Assembly (NCBI GenBank): GCA_000004985.1
Contig: GG738864.1
Strand: one strand, 5' to 3'
DNA from: Naegleria gruberi
Lineage: Eukaryota
Length of the DNA stretch: 64,000 nucleotides
Part shown: piece by piece, positions 29,845-42,600 of the stretch
Layout: every line of letters starts with the position of its first letter
How positions within the stretch are numbered: the stretch's first letter is position 1
Notes under the pieces: generated by a model
Seen by the model: only the letters and a program-made list of their open reading frames with translations
Databases searched by the model: none
What the model was told of the DNA's origin: nothing
Translations under genes and position numbers: made by a program

Positions 29845-30732
29845 GTGCTCCCAACCAATCTGTTATCAATTCCACCACGAAAATTCAAACTTGATCGCCG
29901 TTCGGAATATTATACGGAAGATCGTGCTCTGATGAAACAATATCAAATGTTGAATTTTAAAGAGTTGTATGAGAGGTTTGAGAGGATTATTATTATTGGT
30001 ACGGAATTGGTTATAGGAGAAATATTATCAGATGTTAGATATTTGGTTAGTGAGGAATATGAATCAGAGTTGTTTATGGGAAAGAATTCGGTTGTGATCA
30101 AGATGATCAGGGAAATGGTGCCACAATTGGTTGATAAAGAGGAGAGAGAAAATTTGAAACAGTTGGAGAAATTATTGGTTGGACAAGTTACACTTCTCTT
30201 TACGAATAGAGATCCTTTGGAAATGATTAAAGTGGTAGAGTCAAAATCATGTAGTAGAGTATGTGCTGTAGGCGAATTGGTCCGTGAAGATGTAAACATG
30301 TATGAAGGAGATACTGGACTGGAGCCTCACAAGACTCAATACTTTCAAGCGTGTAATATTCCAACCAGAATTCAGAGAGGTCAAATACAAATAATGCGTA
30401 CAGTGTTATTTTTGAAAAAGGGTACAAGAGTCACCCCAAGTGATGTCGCGTTAATCAGGATAATGAATATGAGACCATTTAAGAATAGTTGCATTGCAAA
30501 GTATGTTTTCGAAAGAAAGGACCACTGTGTTTACAAAACTGATCTGTTGAGACATGATTTAAATCCATCCGTTTATGAAGCTATGAATGATTTAGGCTCT
30601 TTAAGTTTGGAATGTAATTTACTTAATCAATTGACAATAATTGCTGAACTCAAGAAGAGTATTCAAAATATCATGATAGTTGAAAACTATGTAGAAGAGG
30701 AAAGTGAAAATAATTTATTCGAATTGGATTAA
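29845..30732 (+). CDS. Ribosomal P0 / Mrt4-like (L10 family) protein, divergent.
   Basis: Weak resemblance to the P0/Mrt4 core (VLFLKKGTRVTPSDVALIRIMNMRPF and ACNIPTRIQRGQIQI against QALNIPTKI.RGTIEI). Confidence 0.4.
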   Translation: MLPTNLLSIPPRKFKLDRRSEYYTEDRALMKQYQMLNFKELYERFERIIIIGTELVIGEILSDVRYLVSEEYESELFMGKNSVVIKMIREMVPQLVDKEERENLKQLEKLLVGQVTLLFTNRDPLEMIKVVESKSCSRVCAVGELVREDVNMYEGDTGLEPHKTQYFQACNIPTRIQRGQIQIMRTVLFLKKGTRVTPSDVALIRIMNMRPFKNSCIAKYVFERKDHCVYKTDLLRHDLNPSVYEAMNDLGSLSLECNLLNQLTIIAELKKSIQNIMIVENYVEEESENNLFELD

Positions 30733-30748
30733 ATTGGATTTGTATAAT

Positions 30749-32212
30749 TTATGGCTTTATGTTGTGATTTCTTTTTAGTAAATTACTGGGATCATACTTT
30801 CGTTTCAGTTGAACCAATTTCTCATAATTTTCCTTATAATATTCAATGGTATTACAATCTACAGCCCCACTTGTATTCACATATCCACTAACATTACATG
30901 AAAAATTGCAAAGTCCAGAATAAAATTGAGAATCGGCCCAATTTTTAAAGACTGATATGTCCGTATTGTTTTCCCAACTTCCAATACTGTGAATCTCATA
31001 AATAGCATCTCTTTGTACATAAGCTGTATCTTGTTTTGATTTTCTGGAGATTTCACCTCCCAAATGCATGACTTCAATGTTGGTGGTATATGGAGCTGTT
31101 TTGATACATTCCAACAAGTGGTTGATAGCTTGCTTTTGAATTGGCTCATTGAAGAATAGAGTTTTCCAATAATACTTTTTGCCGTGGCTATTTCCAATAT
31201 CAAACTTTTGTTGTAGCTCCACATAGTCATCACAAAAAGAAGTCAATAAGGGTTCCATTTCAAATAACTTTCCAATAATATTTTCGGTATAGAAATTATA
31301 TGAAACTTGATCCTTTTCATTTTCTGTGACATCTCCTTCATGAAATAAGGACATGATTATAATTTGATCCTTGGCAATAAACAAGTACAATGTAATATTG
31401 TCAGGAATTTTTGGTTGTGTCTCACTAAAAGGATTTGTCATGACGAAATAAGTTTCCACAACTTTTGTTGCATTCTCAAATGGATACACAAAAATTCCAT
31501 GATCCATTTTAGTTAATTTTCTTGTCTTGAATGTGAATTCAGTACAAATTCCAAAATTTCCTCCGCCTCCTCTGAGTCCAAACATGAGCTCATCTTTTTC
31601 ATTCACTTCCACAATTGTTTCCTCCTCCACTGATACCATTCGAACTGAAACTAAACTATCACATGTTAATCCATAAGCTCTACTCAGCCATCCTATTCCT
31701 CCACCTTTTTTTCATTTAATCATTATTGGTACAATTGGTTAATATGCAAGATCAGAACACTCACCTAATGTCAATCCAGCCACACCTGTATGACTCACCA
31801 TTCCACCAACAACATATCTATTCTCTTTAGAACATTCCCTATCAACATCTCCCCACAATGCTCCAGCTTGGACTCTTATCAATTTCTCATCATTGTTCAC
31901 AACAAATTTAGCATCATTCATCTTGGACATATCAATCATCATGCCATCATTACACGAAGCAAAGCCACACACATTATGTCCACCTCCTCTGATACTCAAC
32001 TCTAATTGATGAATTTTGGCATATCGGAGAGCAGATAACACATCTTGTTCCGATCTACATTGAGCAATTACTTTAGGAAATAGATCAATGCAGCCATTCC
32101 ATAATTTTCTGGCCTTTTCATACTGCACGCGATGGGATTTATCATCCCTGTGCAGGAGAATCAGCTCTTCTTGATCGTGGGTAATTTCCGAGCTCGTATT
32201 ACTTTGAAGCAT
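30749..32212 (-). CDS. FAD-linked oxidase of the berberine-bridge-enzyme / VAO type. Two exons (31764-32212 and 30749-31677) joined across an 86-nt intron GTGAGT...TAGAG.
   Basis: FAD_binding_4 motifs RGGGHN and CNDGMMIDMSKMN, the second-exon LRGGGGNFGI, and the C-terminal BBE signature YDPSNLLKRNHNIKP. The splice restores ...GLTLG-AYGLTCDSL. Confidence 0.75.
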
Positions 32213-32292
32213 TTTTTTTGTAAAGTTTTTTCGGATTTACAGTTCAATAATTGGAGAGTGTTTTATTTAAAATTACAAATTACAATGAAAAA

Positions 32293-33360
32293 TTAAGGCT
32301 GATTCATTGGTTTTTCCTTTTTCCTTCTTCTCTTCATCATGAATATTGAAATAGAGACCGCGAGAATAAACATGAGACAAGAAATCAAGCAAGCCCCAGC
32401 AGCTGGCAAAGTGATGGCAACAATGAGAATGGTTTGTTCATCTCGAGGGAGATCTGGAAGTACAACATCTCGATTTTGATTTGCCTTGTCGATATTTCTA
32501 TCTATAATTGTAAATCTAGTCAAATGTTTAGTCTTACAATCAATGTTGAGGTTGACTGTGTTGTTTTTCAATAATTTTACATTGGAAAGGATGGTTTCAA
32601 GACCATAGGTCAACCATTCTTCTTTGAATTCATCAAAATAGGCACATGTGAAATTTGGATTGTTCAAGTCAAATGTTGAACTATTCACATTATAGGTCAA
32701 ATTGTAAAATTCAATTTGAATGGGATCTACCAATCCATTCACAGGAATCAAACTTCCATTAGGAAATGTCAAAGTGATGGAAGTGATTCCACTTGAGAAT
32801 TCTTTCGAATTTTCAAAAGTTGTAAGAACATTAATGTTCTCATTTCGTGAGAGACCTTGTTTTTCAAGATATTCTTCAATAGTTGGAGGGAATTCAATTT
32901 TTGTAGAGTTGTTGACGAGTACTTTCTTTGAATTCAAATCGGATACTTTCGTATTTTGAACCTTTCCAATAACATTTGTAGAGTTATTGGAATTGTTGGT
33001 TGGAGGTGTTACGATGGTTTGATTTTGTTTACTGCAGTCTGGACCTATCCAACCAGTCATGCATTCACAAGTGTTCGGTTTCGAACAAACTCCTCTCGAT
33101 GAACAAACCAATGGAAAGAAATTTGGATATTGGAAACAATTAAACGTCTGGCATTGAGGACCATAGAAACCCATTTTACATGCACACATTCCATTCGCTA
33201 TACAATCACCATTTCCAGAGCAAACGGCTGGATTCGTTGACTTTTTGCCAAAGCAAACAAAAGCTGGTTGTTTTTGCAAAGTATTCGAAACATGCAACGA
33301 GAGGAATAATACAAGGAACAGAATTGAGGAGATTACATTAAAACAGCAGTTAGATGTCAT
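32293..33360 (-). CDS. Type-I membrane protein with signal peptide, two or three EGF-like modules, an N/T-rich stalk and a TM helix.
   Basis: CSGNGDCIANGMCACKMGFYGPQC and CSSRGVCSKPNTCECMTGWIGPDC, plus a C-terminal hydrophobic segment followed by KRRRKKEK. Confidence 0.6.
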   Translation of the reverse strand: MTSNCCFNVISSILFLVLFLSLHVSNTLQKQPAFVCFGKKSTNPAVCSGNGDCIANGMCACKMGFYGPQCQTFNCFQYPNFFPLVCSSRGVCSKPNTCECMTGWIGPDCSKQNQTIVTPPTNNSNNSTNVIGKVQNTKVSDLNSKKVLVNNSTKIEFPPTIEEYLEKQGLSRNENINVLTTFENSKEFSSGITSITLTFPNGSLIPVNGLVDPIQIEFYNLTYNVNSSTFDLNNPNFTCAYFDEFKEEWLTYGLETILSNVKLLKNNTVNLNIDCKTKHLTRFTIIDRNIDKANQNRDVVLPDLPRDEQTILIVAITLPAAGACLISCLMFILAVSISIFMMKRRRKKEKPMNQP

Positions 33361-33749
33361 TTTGTTTTTTACAGTTTTGTTTGAAATTCAGTGTGAATTG
33401 GTCTCAACATTTATAGATGAATCACACATGCCTAGTTGACCTAATTTAGAAACAAGATGATGGTAAAGGACATCTTTTCAAACAATTTTCAGAAGAGAAT
33501 CTCTATTTCAATCTAATGAAAAGTAATTGAGACAATCCCTACATCACCAAACAGCACCAATAAGTATCTACTGTTCTATTCGAATATGAATGAAAATTCG
33601 AAAGTGAAAATAAACAACTTTCCAACATGACTTTCACAAATATCTCCAATTACAGCCAATCACATTTTTTCCTCGACCAATTCTGTATCGGCTTCATTAA
33701 GTCCTATCATTTCCGACTCAAATTTCCAATTTAACTCAATTACGAATAA

Positions 33750-35483
33750 TTGTATAAATTATTTGAGATTCTTACTTGGTTTAATTGTTACAAAAAAAAT
33801 GACAAGAAACAAACATCACACAAATGGTGGGTTTTTTCCTCTGCTGACACTGATGAGAAGAAATCTTCTCCACCATCGGAGAAGAATACAAAATCAACAA
33901 TTTCATCATTATTAACTTCGGATGTAAAAACTCTGACAAAAATTGATACCACCACAAAGAAGCAGGATACAAGAAATAATGGATTGCAAATACCATCGGA
34001 TGTCATGTTGTGGACGATTGAACATGTGCAAATTTGGTTGAAATTTAAAAAGTTTAATGATGCAATTATGCAATCTTTCATGAAGGAAAAAATTGATGGA
34101 TTATCGTTGTATTATTTGACGATTAATAATTATTTGAAATTGGACGATCATCATTTGAATATTGACAAGTTGGGTGATTTGATCCATTTGAAACATGAAT
34201 TGAGTTTATTGTTTAAAGATGTACAACCACCTGCCTCTTCTGCTGTTGTGGTTGGTAATTTGCAACCAGTGATGCCTGTCATTCCAAGCGTTATTCCAAC
34301 TGTTGCAGATGTTGTACATTCACCAATAAGTCCAATTAGACTAATTTCCAAAGATGACACTCATATTATTACCAATACTGGTAGTTTGAGTCCTGTTCCT
34401 CAAATGGCTAGACATGCTTCATCTCCATCCTCTCTAGCTCACACCATTCCATTTGTTCCTTCACAATTAGAGTCACTTCTGCCCCCTTCCCTTCCTCAAA
34501 TTTTCAAACAATTAATTCCATCAGAAATCAAAATGATGAGCGAGAAGGAAAAGGAAGAATGGTCATCCATGATTACCAAGGTCATTGTTTCATTTTGTTA
34601 TGCCATGTTTGCCATCTTTTGTACAAGTGTTACCATGGTAGTAGTTCACGAAAGAGTTCCAAAAGATTATCCTCCACTCCCAGATATTATTCTAGACAAT
34701 TTACCTTTGATTCCAAGTGCATTTGCAATCTCTGAGTTTATTTGTGTAGTTTTGGGCCTCATTGTATTTTTTATTTTAGTAATTCACAAGCATAGAGGAA
34801 TTATTTTCAGAAGAGTTTTGGTGATTATTGCCTCTGTATTCTTACTCAGATGTATTACCATGTTCATTACTTCATTGAGCGTACCAGGTACACATCTTAC
34901 TGCATCATGTATGGCAACAAGAGGTATGACCACAACCTTTGATGACAAGCTGAAGAGAGCTTTGGAAATTACTTTTGGATTTGGAATGAGTATTATGAAT
35001 GTAAAGACTTGTGGCGATTACATGTTCTCAGGACACATGTCCATGATTACAATTTTGAATTATACCATTAATGAATATACACCAAAACATTGGAAAGGAT
35101 TGCACATTATTACATGGGTTTTGAACTGTTTTGGAGCATTCTTTGTTTTGGCAGCTCATGAACACTACTCAATTGATGTTTTTATTGGATTTTTCATTAG
35201 TAGTAGATTATTTGTCTATTATCACGATACTGCCAACATGAGACACATTCTCAATTTGCACAATATTGAAACAACAGCCTATATTCCACTCTTTGATTAC
35301 ATGGAAGATACTGTTGATGGAGTTGTAAAGAATGAATTCATCATTTCAGTTGGAGAAAAGGATCACAGACATAGACCATTGCATTCTCTCGATCCTCAAA
35401 CAATTCACACTCTCCAAGAACAACAGCAACAAATAGCCTCCACTCTCCCAACAGAGCAACAACACCATCATCAATACCACTAA
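33750..35483 (+). CDS. SAM-domain sphingomyelin-synthase-family protein (SMSr/SAMD8-like, a candidate ceramide phosphoethanolamine or sphingomyelin synthase).
   Basis: N-terminal SAM-like segment (LWTIEHVQIWLKFKKFNDAIM...GLSLYYLT), multiple TM helices, and the SMS D3/D4 motifs CGDYMFSGHMSMITI and HEHYSIDVFIGFF...YYH. Confidence 0.7.
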   Translation: MYKLFEILTWFNCYKKNDKKQTSHKWWVFSSADTDEKKSSPPSEKNTKSTISSLLTSDVKTLTKIDTTTKKQDTRNNGLQIPSDVMLWTIEHVQIWLKFKKFNDAIMQSFMKEKIDGLSLYYLTINNYLKLDDHHLNIDKLGDLIHLKHELSLLFKDVQPPASSAVVVGNLQPVMPVIPSVIPTVADVVHSPISPIRLISKDDTHIITNTGSLSPVPQMARHASSPSSLAHTIPFVPSQLESLLPPSLPQIFKQLIPSEIKMMSEKEKEEWSSMITKVIVSFCYAMFAIFCTSVTMVVVHERVPKDYPPLPDIILDNLPLIPSAFAISEFICVVLGLIVFFILVIHKHRGIIFRRVLVIIASVFLLRCITMFITSLSVPGTHLTASCMATRGMTTTFDDKLKRALEITFGFGMSIMNVKTCGDYMFSGHMSMITILNYTINEYTPKHWKGLHIITWVLNCFGAFFVLAAHEHYSIDVFIGFFISSRLFVYYHDTANMRHILNLHNIETTAYIPLFDYMEDTVDGVVKNEFIISVGEKDHRHRPLHSLDPQTIHTLQEQQQQIASTLPTEQQHHHQYH

Positions 35484-36041
35484 ACACTTTACAATAATAA
35501 AAAAATCAATTTACAACATTAATAAAGAAAAAACGCAAAAATGTGCAGGTCACCTTTCCAAGTAAAAATGACAAATTAAAATATCAAGTAACAAAAATGG
35601 GCATTTTAAATACTGTGAATCTTTAAGCTTGGCTGATTTTTTTTTTACCTATGCTGATCGTTGTTGGCTTAAACCTCCTTCTCATACAACAACAAGATAA
35701 ATTATTCATGACGAACATTTACCAAGCATCACAACTAAATGGTCCAAATTAGTTCTTGTCGAATTATGTTTGGTGATGCACCACCAACAAGAAGCCTCTC
35801 TGAATATTATTTGAAGTACCAAAATCAAAAAAAGAAGCACAAGAAGCCTAATAGACAATTCGTATTGTTTAGCTCCTCCACTTTCCGAATATTTATAATA
35901 ATATAATACTAATAGTACTACTATTATTATTACTGTTAATTGGTTGAACAAGAATCTTTGTGTTACTCATTGACTAATTTTCTATATACTGCTGCTTCTT
36001 TTTAGACAAATATACAAACAACAATTACTACTAACTAAATA

Positions 36042-39000
36042 ATGACTACACATTGTTCCTTTTTCGAAGGCAAGGAATTGTCTGACTCTATCGGTTATTA
36101 CACTGATCTTGAAAAGTGGAACGAAGATCAAACCACTCTCAAGCAATATGTCAACTTGAAACTCTCTGCATCAGGTAAGCTTAATTTCCGAATCAATATA
36201 TAACAATAATTGTTTGAATAGGTCTTCCACTCTTTGGAAAGCTTGATAAGCTTCTTCAAATCACCGATCCTCTCTTAAATACATTCAAGGAACATGATAG
36301 ATTATTGGATAATTATCAATGTCCAATCGACAAACGTATTCAAAGCTTTATCAATTCTTATGTGTCTGATTTGCAAGGTTATGATGTTAATTCTCTTCAT
36401 CTTCCTGCAAATTGTTTGGAATTAGATAGAGTGGGTATGGCAAGACTCCTCTCCTTACCAGGTGATGGTGATAAATTCGAAAATGATATTGTTTGTTCAT
36501 ACAGATTAAAACAAGGTGTATTACACAATCCAGTCAATGACAGAAGAACCACACAAGGTTCTTTCCATATTGCTTTGGGAGGCTTACCAGTTCCTGCTGA
36601 TAAGATGGAAGTTCCAAAGCTTGTTTGGGCCAATCTCTTGAAAGAAGCCCTCAATCCACCTTCTTCAAATAAGACTTTACCATATACTAGTAATCAATGT
36701 GAGGAAAAGAAAGCCAAATGTTGGGTTTCACTCATGTTACGTCCTCTTTTAAGTCCTGCTGTTCCAGGAGAATCAGAAGAAAAGACTATGGAAGTTAGAT
36801 TCTTTGCTCCTGGTTCTTTAGTTTCAAATCTTGATTTTGTTGAAAGTATTTTCGGAAATGCTGGACATGCTTATTACACTGAAAACGATGCTGCTTTGGA
36901 TGTCAGACGTTGGTCTGGTCACACTGGTTGTGTTATTTTGGCTCCTCACTTGACTAAGGTAACTAAAAAATCACTTGGTCTCCCTCACATCAGTACTGCA
37001 ACTGATAGACAAAAGAGAGATGGAATGTGTTATGAAAAGGATACTGATTTGTATAATATGGGTGAAGCTTTCAAGATTACTTGTAGAACAAATACCGGAG
37101 TTATTCTTACAATCATTGCTGATAACTATTTCGGATATTGTAAAAAGGAAGTCAAGTCACAAATGACCTATGCTACTAATTTGTATGGTAACTGCGAAGA
37201 AGAGCATAGTGGTGGTGCTATTGCATTCCCTTCATATTATTTGGGAGATACTTTCAGATTGAAAGATTACCATATTGATGAGGAATATACTTTCAAGGAA
37301 ATGACAACAAGATGCAATGGAAGAATTTCTGTTGATGAATCTCTCGGCATGGGTATCGATAATAGATTCTCTGATATCCTATACCTTCCAGAAGATGCAT
37401 TCTTTACTTTGCACGGTCAAAACATTTCTTGGTCTCACTACAAGACTGGTGAAAAGGTCAACATTAGATTGAAGCCAAATATTACTTATATTCTTCCATC
37501 TGGTTATAGAGTTGAAATGATTCACGAAAAGTCAGGATTCTCTCTTATTGGTACTGTTGGTACTGGTACTTACTGTCACAAACCAAGTACTATTTCTGGA
37601 GGTGGTAAAAGTGAAATTTCCAAGTCAATTGGTGATGCAATCATTACTGGTCCAGTAATTGTTGCTGATTTTATGAAGGATTTGGAAACTGTCGAACAAT
37701 TAATTGAAAAGGATTATAGTAAGAGATTCCAAGACAAGACTGTTACTGATACTCGTGCTGTTTTAAGCATGGAAAGATCACTTGGTAGTGTTGTCAAACT
37801 TCTCACCTGTTCTGAATCTTACACTGAAGAATATAATCAATGGTTGCTTTCAATCCCATCCTACATCAAACAATTGGTCTTTATTGTCAAGAGTTTGTAC
37901 AAACCATCTTGGGAAGGCAAGTGGAAGGAGAAATTCAGTGTTGACTTGGTTAATGGTTCCTTTGGTAACAGCTTGAAATACAAGATGGAACCAGTTGTTG
38001 GCCATTATATGCGTGTTGGTTTCCAAAACAACTCTTGGAGAACTTTCGAATTGAGAAAGGACTTTACTCCAGCTTTCAAGATCCAAACCGAAGACGATAT
38101 GACCTCCTCTGTTGTCGTTCCTATAAGAAAGCTCCAAAGCAAGTACCTCCAAAACAGTCGTGTTAAAGGTACCTCAATCAAGATCTCAAAGAATACCGAA
38201 TTCAGATTGTTCCAAAGACCAGATGATTGTATCATTAGAGGTTATGATAAGAAGTGTGAATCTGACTTGGCTACTCCAAATACTTTCATTTGTAACTTTG
38301 AAGCTTTGGATCAAAAGGGTGTTCAAGATATTCTCGATGATACTATCAGTTTCCATGCTTACACTAAGCCACAACGTCAATTCTTGGAAGAATACGCAAA
38401 GGAAGGTGTTCCAAGCTATTGTGTTGCTTCATCAAATACCAGAGTTGTTGGACCAAATCAAAGATCAAAGAATCCAAGATACTTGCAAAACAGTGAAGAA
38501 TTGACCAAGCCAAGAAAGTACTATTTGGCTGAAGTCTGCACTCGTTTGCACCAAGTTCTCTCACCTACAACTGCTGTTGTCTATCCAGTTGATGCTGTTA
38601 TTTCTGGTCGTAGAAATAACCCTGAAATGAAGGGTGTCCCTCCACTCTGTGTACATAACCCAATCCACTATTTGGAACTTCCTGAACTTTTCATGGAATA
38701 TATCAGTTCCATGACTGGTAAATCACCATCTACTACTGGTGCTTGTGGTTCTGAAGGTGCTCTTACTAAGGGTCCATTTTGTCCAATTCTCTCTATTACT
38801 GAATTGAACACAGCCCTTGTCTCAATGATCTTGACTGGTTCAGATGGTTACTTCTCTAGTGCTGGTACTTTGGGTCCAAATTACCGTGTTGACCACGACG
38901 TTTCTCTCTTGATTCCAGAAATTTGGTGTAGAATGAAGGCAGAAGAACGTGATCCAAGCTACCTCATCAAGAATGACATGCTCGAAAAGCTCAATGACTT

Positions 39001-39586
39001 TGAACACAATGGTCAACTTGTTCAAGCAAGTAGACTTGGTTATCGTATCACTAAGAAATTCGTTAGAACATTCTTTGGTAGATTATTCACCAATCCTAGC
39101 TCAGTCTTTACTGATGATATGCTCCAACCTGAAAAGCAAGGTGTTGATACATTTGTGAAATCTCTTGGTATTATTTTGGATACATACAAGTCAGTTGCCT
39201 TGTCTTACTTTGAAGATGGTTCTATTGATGGTGCTTGTCCACCACTTAAGGCTGTACTCCACGTTATGGCTCACGGTCACTACAATGGAAAGAGCATTAA
39301 TGACTCAGAAATTCGTCAAATGTTTACTGAACAAGCTCTCTTGTCAAGTGAGTGGTATAAGGAAAGACTTGCAACCCGTCAAAAGGTTCTCATTAATTGT
39401 TTGAACAGAAGTAAGGAATATCTTACAAACTTTTCCCATCAACCTCGTTACAGTGATTTGGCTGAAAAGTTGAACATTAACGAAAAATTGTCCTATGTCG
39501 AAAGTGAACTTGTTAAGGTTTCTGATGTTAAATATTTGGAAGATTTGGTTGGTCATTTAGGTACAGATCCATTCATGTATAAATAA
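36042..39586 (+). CDS. Large soluble protein of about 1165 aa, function unknown. Exon 1 is 36042-36174 and exon 2 is 36222-39586; the 47-nt intron at 36175-36221 reads GTAAGC...GAATAG.
   Basis: Exon 1 (MTTHCSFFEGKELSDSIGYYTDLEKWNEDQTTLKQYVNLKLSAS) joins in phase to the 1093-aa ORF. No stops and uniform composition suggest a real, conserved enzyme-like protein. No motif I can assign. Confidence 0.5.
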
Positions 39587-39631
39587 ATTATTATTTGACT
39601 CGAAATGCCCATCAATATGTTTTATTCAATT

Positions 39632-42600
39632 TCACAAAAAGGTATCAATTGTTTCTTTCAGCTTTTGTTTAGAACATGGCTTACAAATTACCATATCAAC
39701 AGTTTTCATATATTGCTCAGTAGAAAAATCAGTGAGTGCATCTGCAGTTAGCATTACAATCTTAATATTATCACCATACTTCTTCTTCAATATTGTGCTT
39801 GCCTCTAATCCATTCATATTTGGCATGTGCATATCAGTAATAACCAGTTTATGCTTGTTAATGTCGAATGCACGAACAAGTTCTTCTCCATCCACAACAG
39901 CATCTGCTGTTTGTCCAAGATGGGATAAAAGTTTCAGTAGAACCTGTCTATTAATTGCATTATCTTCTGCCACTATTATCTTGTTATTCGATGGTTCTAT
40001 ATCAGCAGGTTTGGGTTTAATATAAGGTTCCATCTTTTTTTGAGTTTTTTCGAATTGCTCCAAATAATTTTCTTGTATTTGCACTTGTCTCTCAATGGCA
40101 TTATGAAGAGTAGACAACTTGAATGTCTTGTGACCTAAATCTGTCGTTGACTTAGACTGAGCATTAGCAATGATAGACTCTCTTCTTTTGGATTCTTTGA
40201 CTGGGGATAATTTATCAATTTCCATTGGAAGTGTTAAAGTGAATGCTGTTTCATACTTTGGTTCAGATCTTAAGGAAATTACACCTCCCATTTGTTCAAT
40301 AATTCTTTTCCAAAATTAGTAATTTAAAATTATTTTCTACATACCTCTTAGTAGTACACAACCCTAAACCTGTTCCTGGACTGACACTCTCATTCAAGTT
40401 GTGTAATTGTTGGAACGGTTCAAAAATACTCTGTTGCTTTTCATAAGGAATTCCAATACCATAATCTGTCACCGAGATATCTAACCAAATCTTTGTATCG
40501 TCACTCTCTTGGGTTTGGTTGACTGAACACTTTAAATGAACACTTGTATCTGGAATGGATGCTTTGATAGCATTGGTGAGAAGGTTGATGATACACTGTT
40601 GAAGTCTGGTTTCGTTAGTTTTGACTACTAATGTTTCTAAAATCTCTTCAATTTCAAATTCAATAGTAACCTTAAATTTGTTAGCATATTTTTCCAATAG
40701 ACAAAGAACAGTTCTCAGAGATCTTGACAAGCTAAATGATACAATATTATCACGACTTTGAATTACTCTTGGAGATATAGCCTTATCAGTATTGACAATT
40801 GTATTATATGAAATGTTCTCTGTTTCATTTTGAGTGGTGGTATGCATAGTTGGAGCGGCCTTTGGTTTCTTGTGATCCAAATCGATAAATACAAGAATAT
40901 CTTCAATGAGTGTTAGAAGAATACTATTTGAGGCATGAATGATTTCCAAGTGGTCGTATTGTTCACTAGTTAGAGGTGTTTCCTTCATTAATTCTATAGA
41001 TCCTAGGGATGAAAGAAGAGGCGTTCTCAACTCGTGACTTACATGAGAGAGGAAATTATTCTTGATTTGAACTGCCTCCTTAAGTTTGGTAGCAATATTA
41101 GTTAATTTCCTATATTCTACAGAGATGTAAATACTGGCAAATACTGCAAAAAATCCAAATATCATTACCATTGAAATGGATGGATAATTTTCAATTACAA
41201 TCATTACTGCTGTTTCTATACTCATATCACTCTTATCATTCAAAAGAGAAATCAATTGATACAGCATGTAGCAAAAGTAGTGAAAAGCAATATAGTAGAA
41301 TGGAAATTGTGCCCATATCACAGTTTCAATATCATCTGTACCGTTCAATTCAAGATGCCTTGAAGGATTGTTATGTTTCTTAGAGTGCAGAATTGAATCT
41401 CTATATTTGCATGCTGCAATAGATGCAATAGAAAATAAACTCATTGGTGTTAACAACATTTTCGAGTCGGACATTAAAAACCTCAAAGTAAATAATAATA
41501 AATTGAAAAAGACCAATTGACTCGTCGAGTAATGAACAGCATAGGACGTCAGTTTGTGACTCCATGAAGAAGCTAATTCATCATCATGTGTTGGTTTTTT
41601 CTTTGCCTTTTTTTCCATTTCATTATTGTTTAAGGATGATACTCTAGAATAGGTTTTACTATCCTTATACAAATCATTCACGTAGGAAGGTAAATCTCTC
41701 AAAAAAGACCACTTGACACTGACAAATCCCAACATGCACAGCATCAACATGATTAGTGAATTAAAGAGTCCTTGTCTGAAATAAGTCGTCAGTACAAGGG
41801 ATAAATAGTCCAAAAAGACAAACATTATCATGAATTTCGTTTGTAAATCAATAACTTGTTTCCAATTCGTAAATATGGAAGGAAGGCACTGTGATAATCT
41901 CCTCGACAAAATTGCTGGTAAAATATCACTCTCACCATCACTCGAAACATTAGAAAACGATCTATTCATGTGTTGTTCTTGTTCCTGTTGGTGATAATTA
42001 TAAATATTATTGTTACTACTACTATTACTATATACATTTTCCAATCCTGATGCTAAATTATTCTCATCATGATCATTATCCAATGATGAACAATTATTGG
42101 CCATCGATTTAGATTTCCTCATGCATAAATTCGCATCAATGATATTGTCCAGCGACATCTTCTTATTATTGTATTTCATATTATTATTATCATTTTGCGT
42201 AGTGGGTAGAAGAGGATTTTCAGTCAAATGATGACTATGCCTCCTTTTCAAAATACCCGAAGGTGATGATTGCATGCGGGAAAGAAGTGAAGGAGAAAAG
42301 GAAGCTTGAATGAAGGAGGAAGAGGATTGGGAGGATGATAAACTTGTACCTTCTCTTTTTGTTGGTATTTCCTCTTCTTCTAAATGACTTGTATCGATGG
42401 AATTCATATTGGAAAAGAATTCATCATCATTGGTGATGGAATTATTTACTTGAAAGTTTTTGGACAGTTTCATACGATAATTAGCTAATGCTCTAGCTTC
42501 CTCATGCATGTGTTGTTGTGGTGGCACCATCGTATCATCAGATGTGGTTGATGGTGAGGATGATGTTGTTTTTGTATTTGAAATGTCTGTGGTATCCGAG

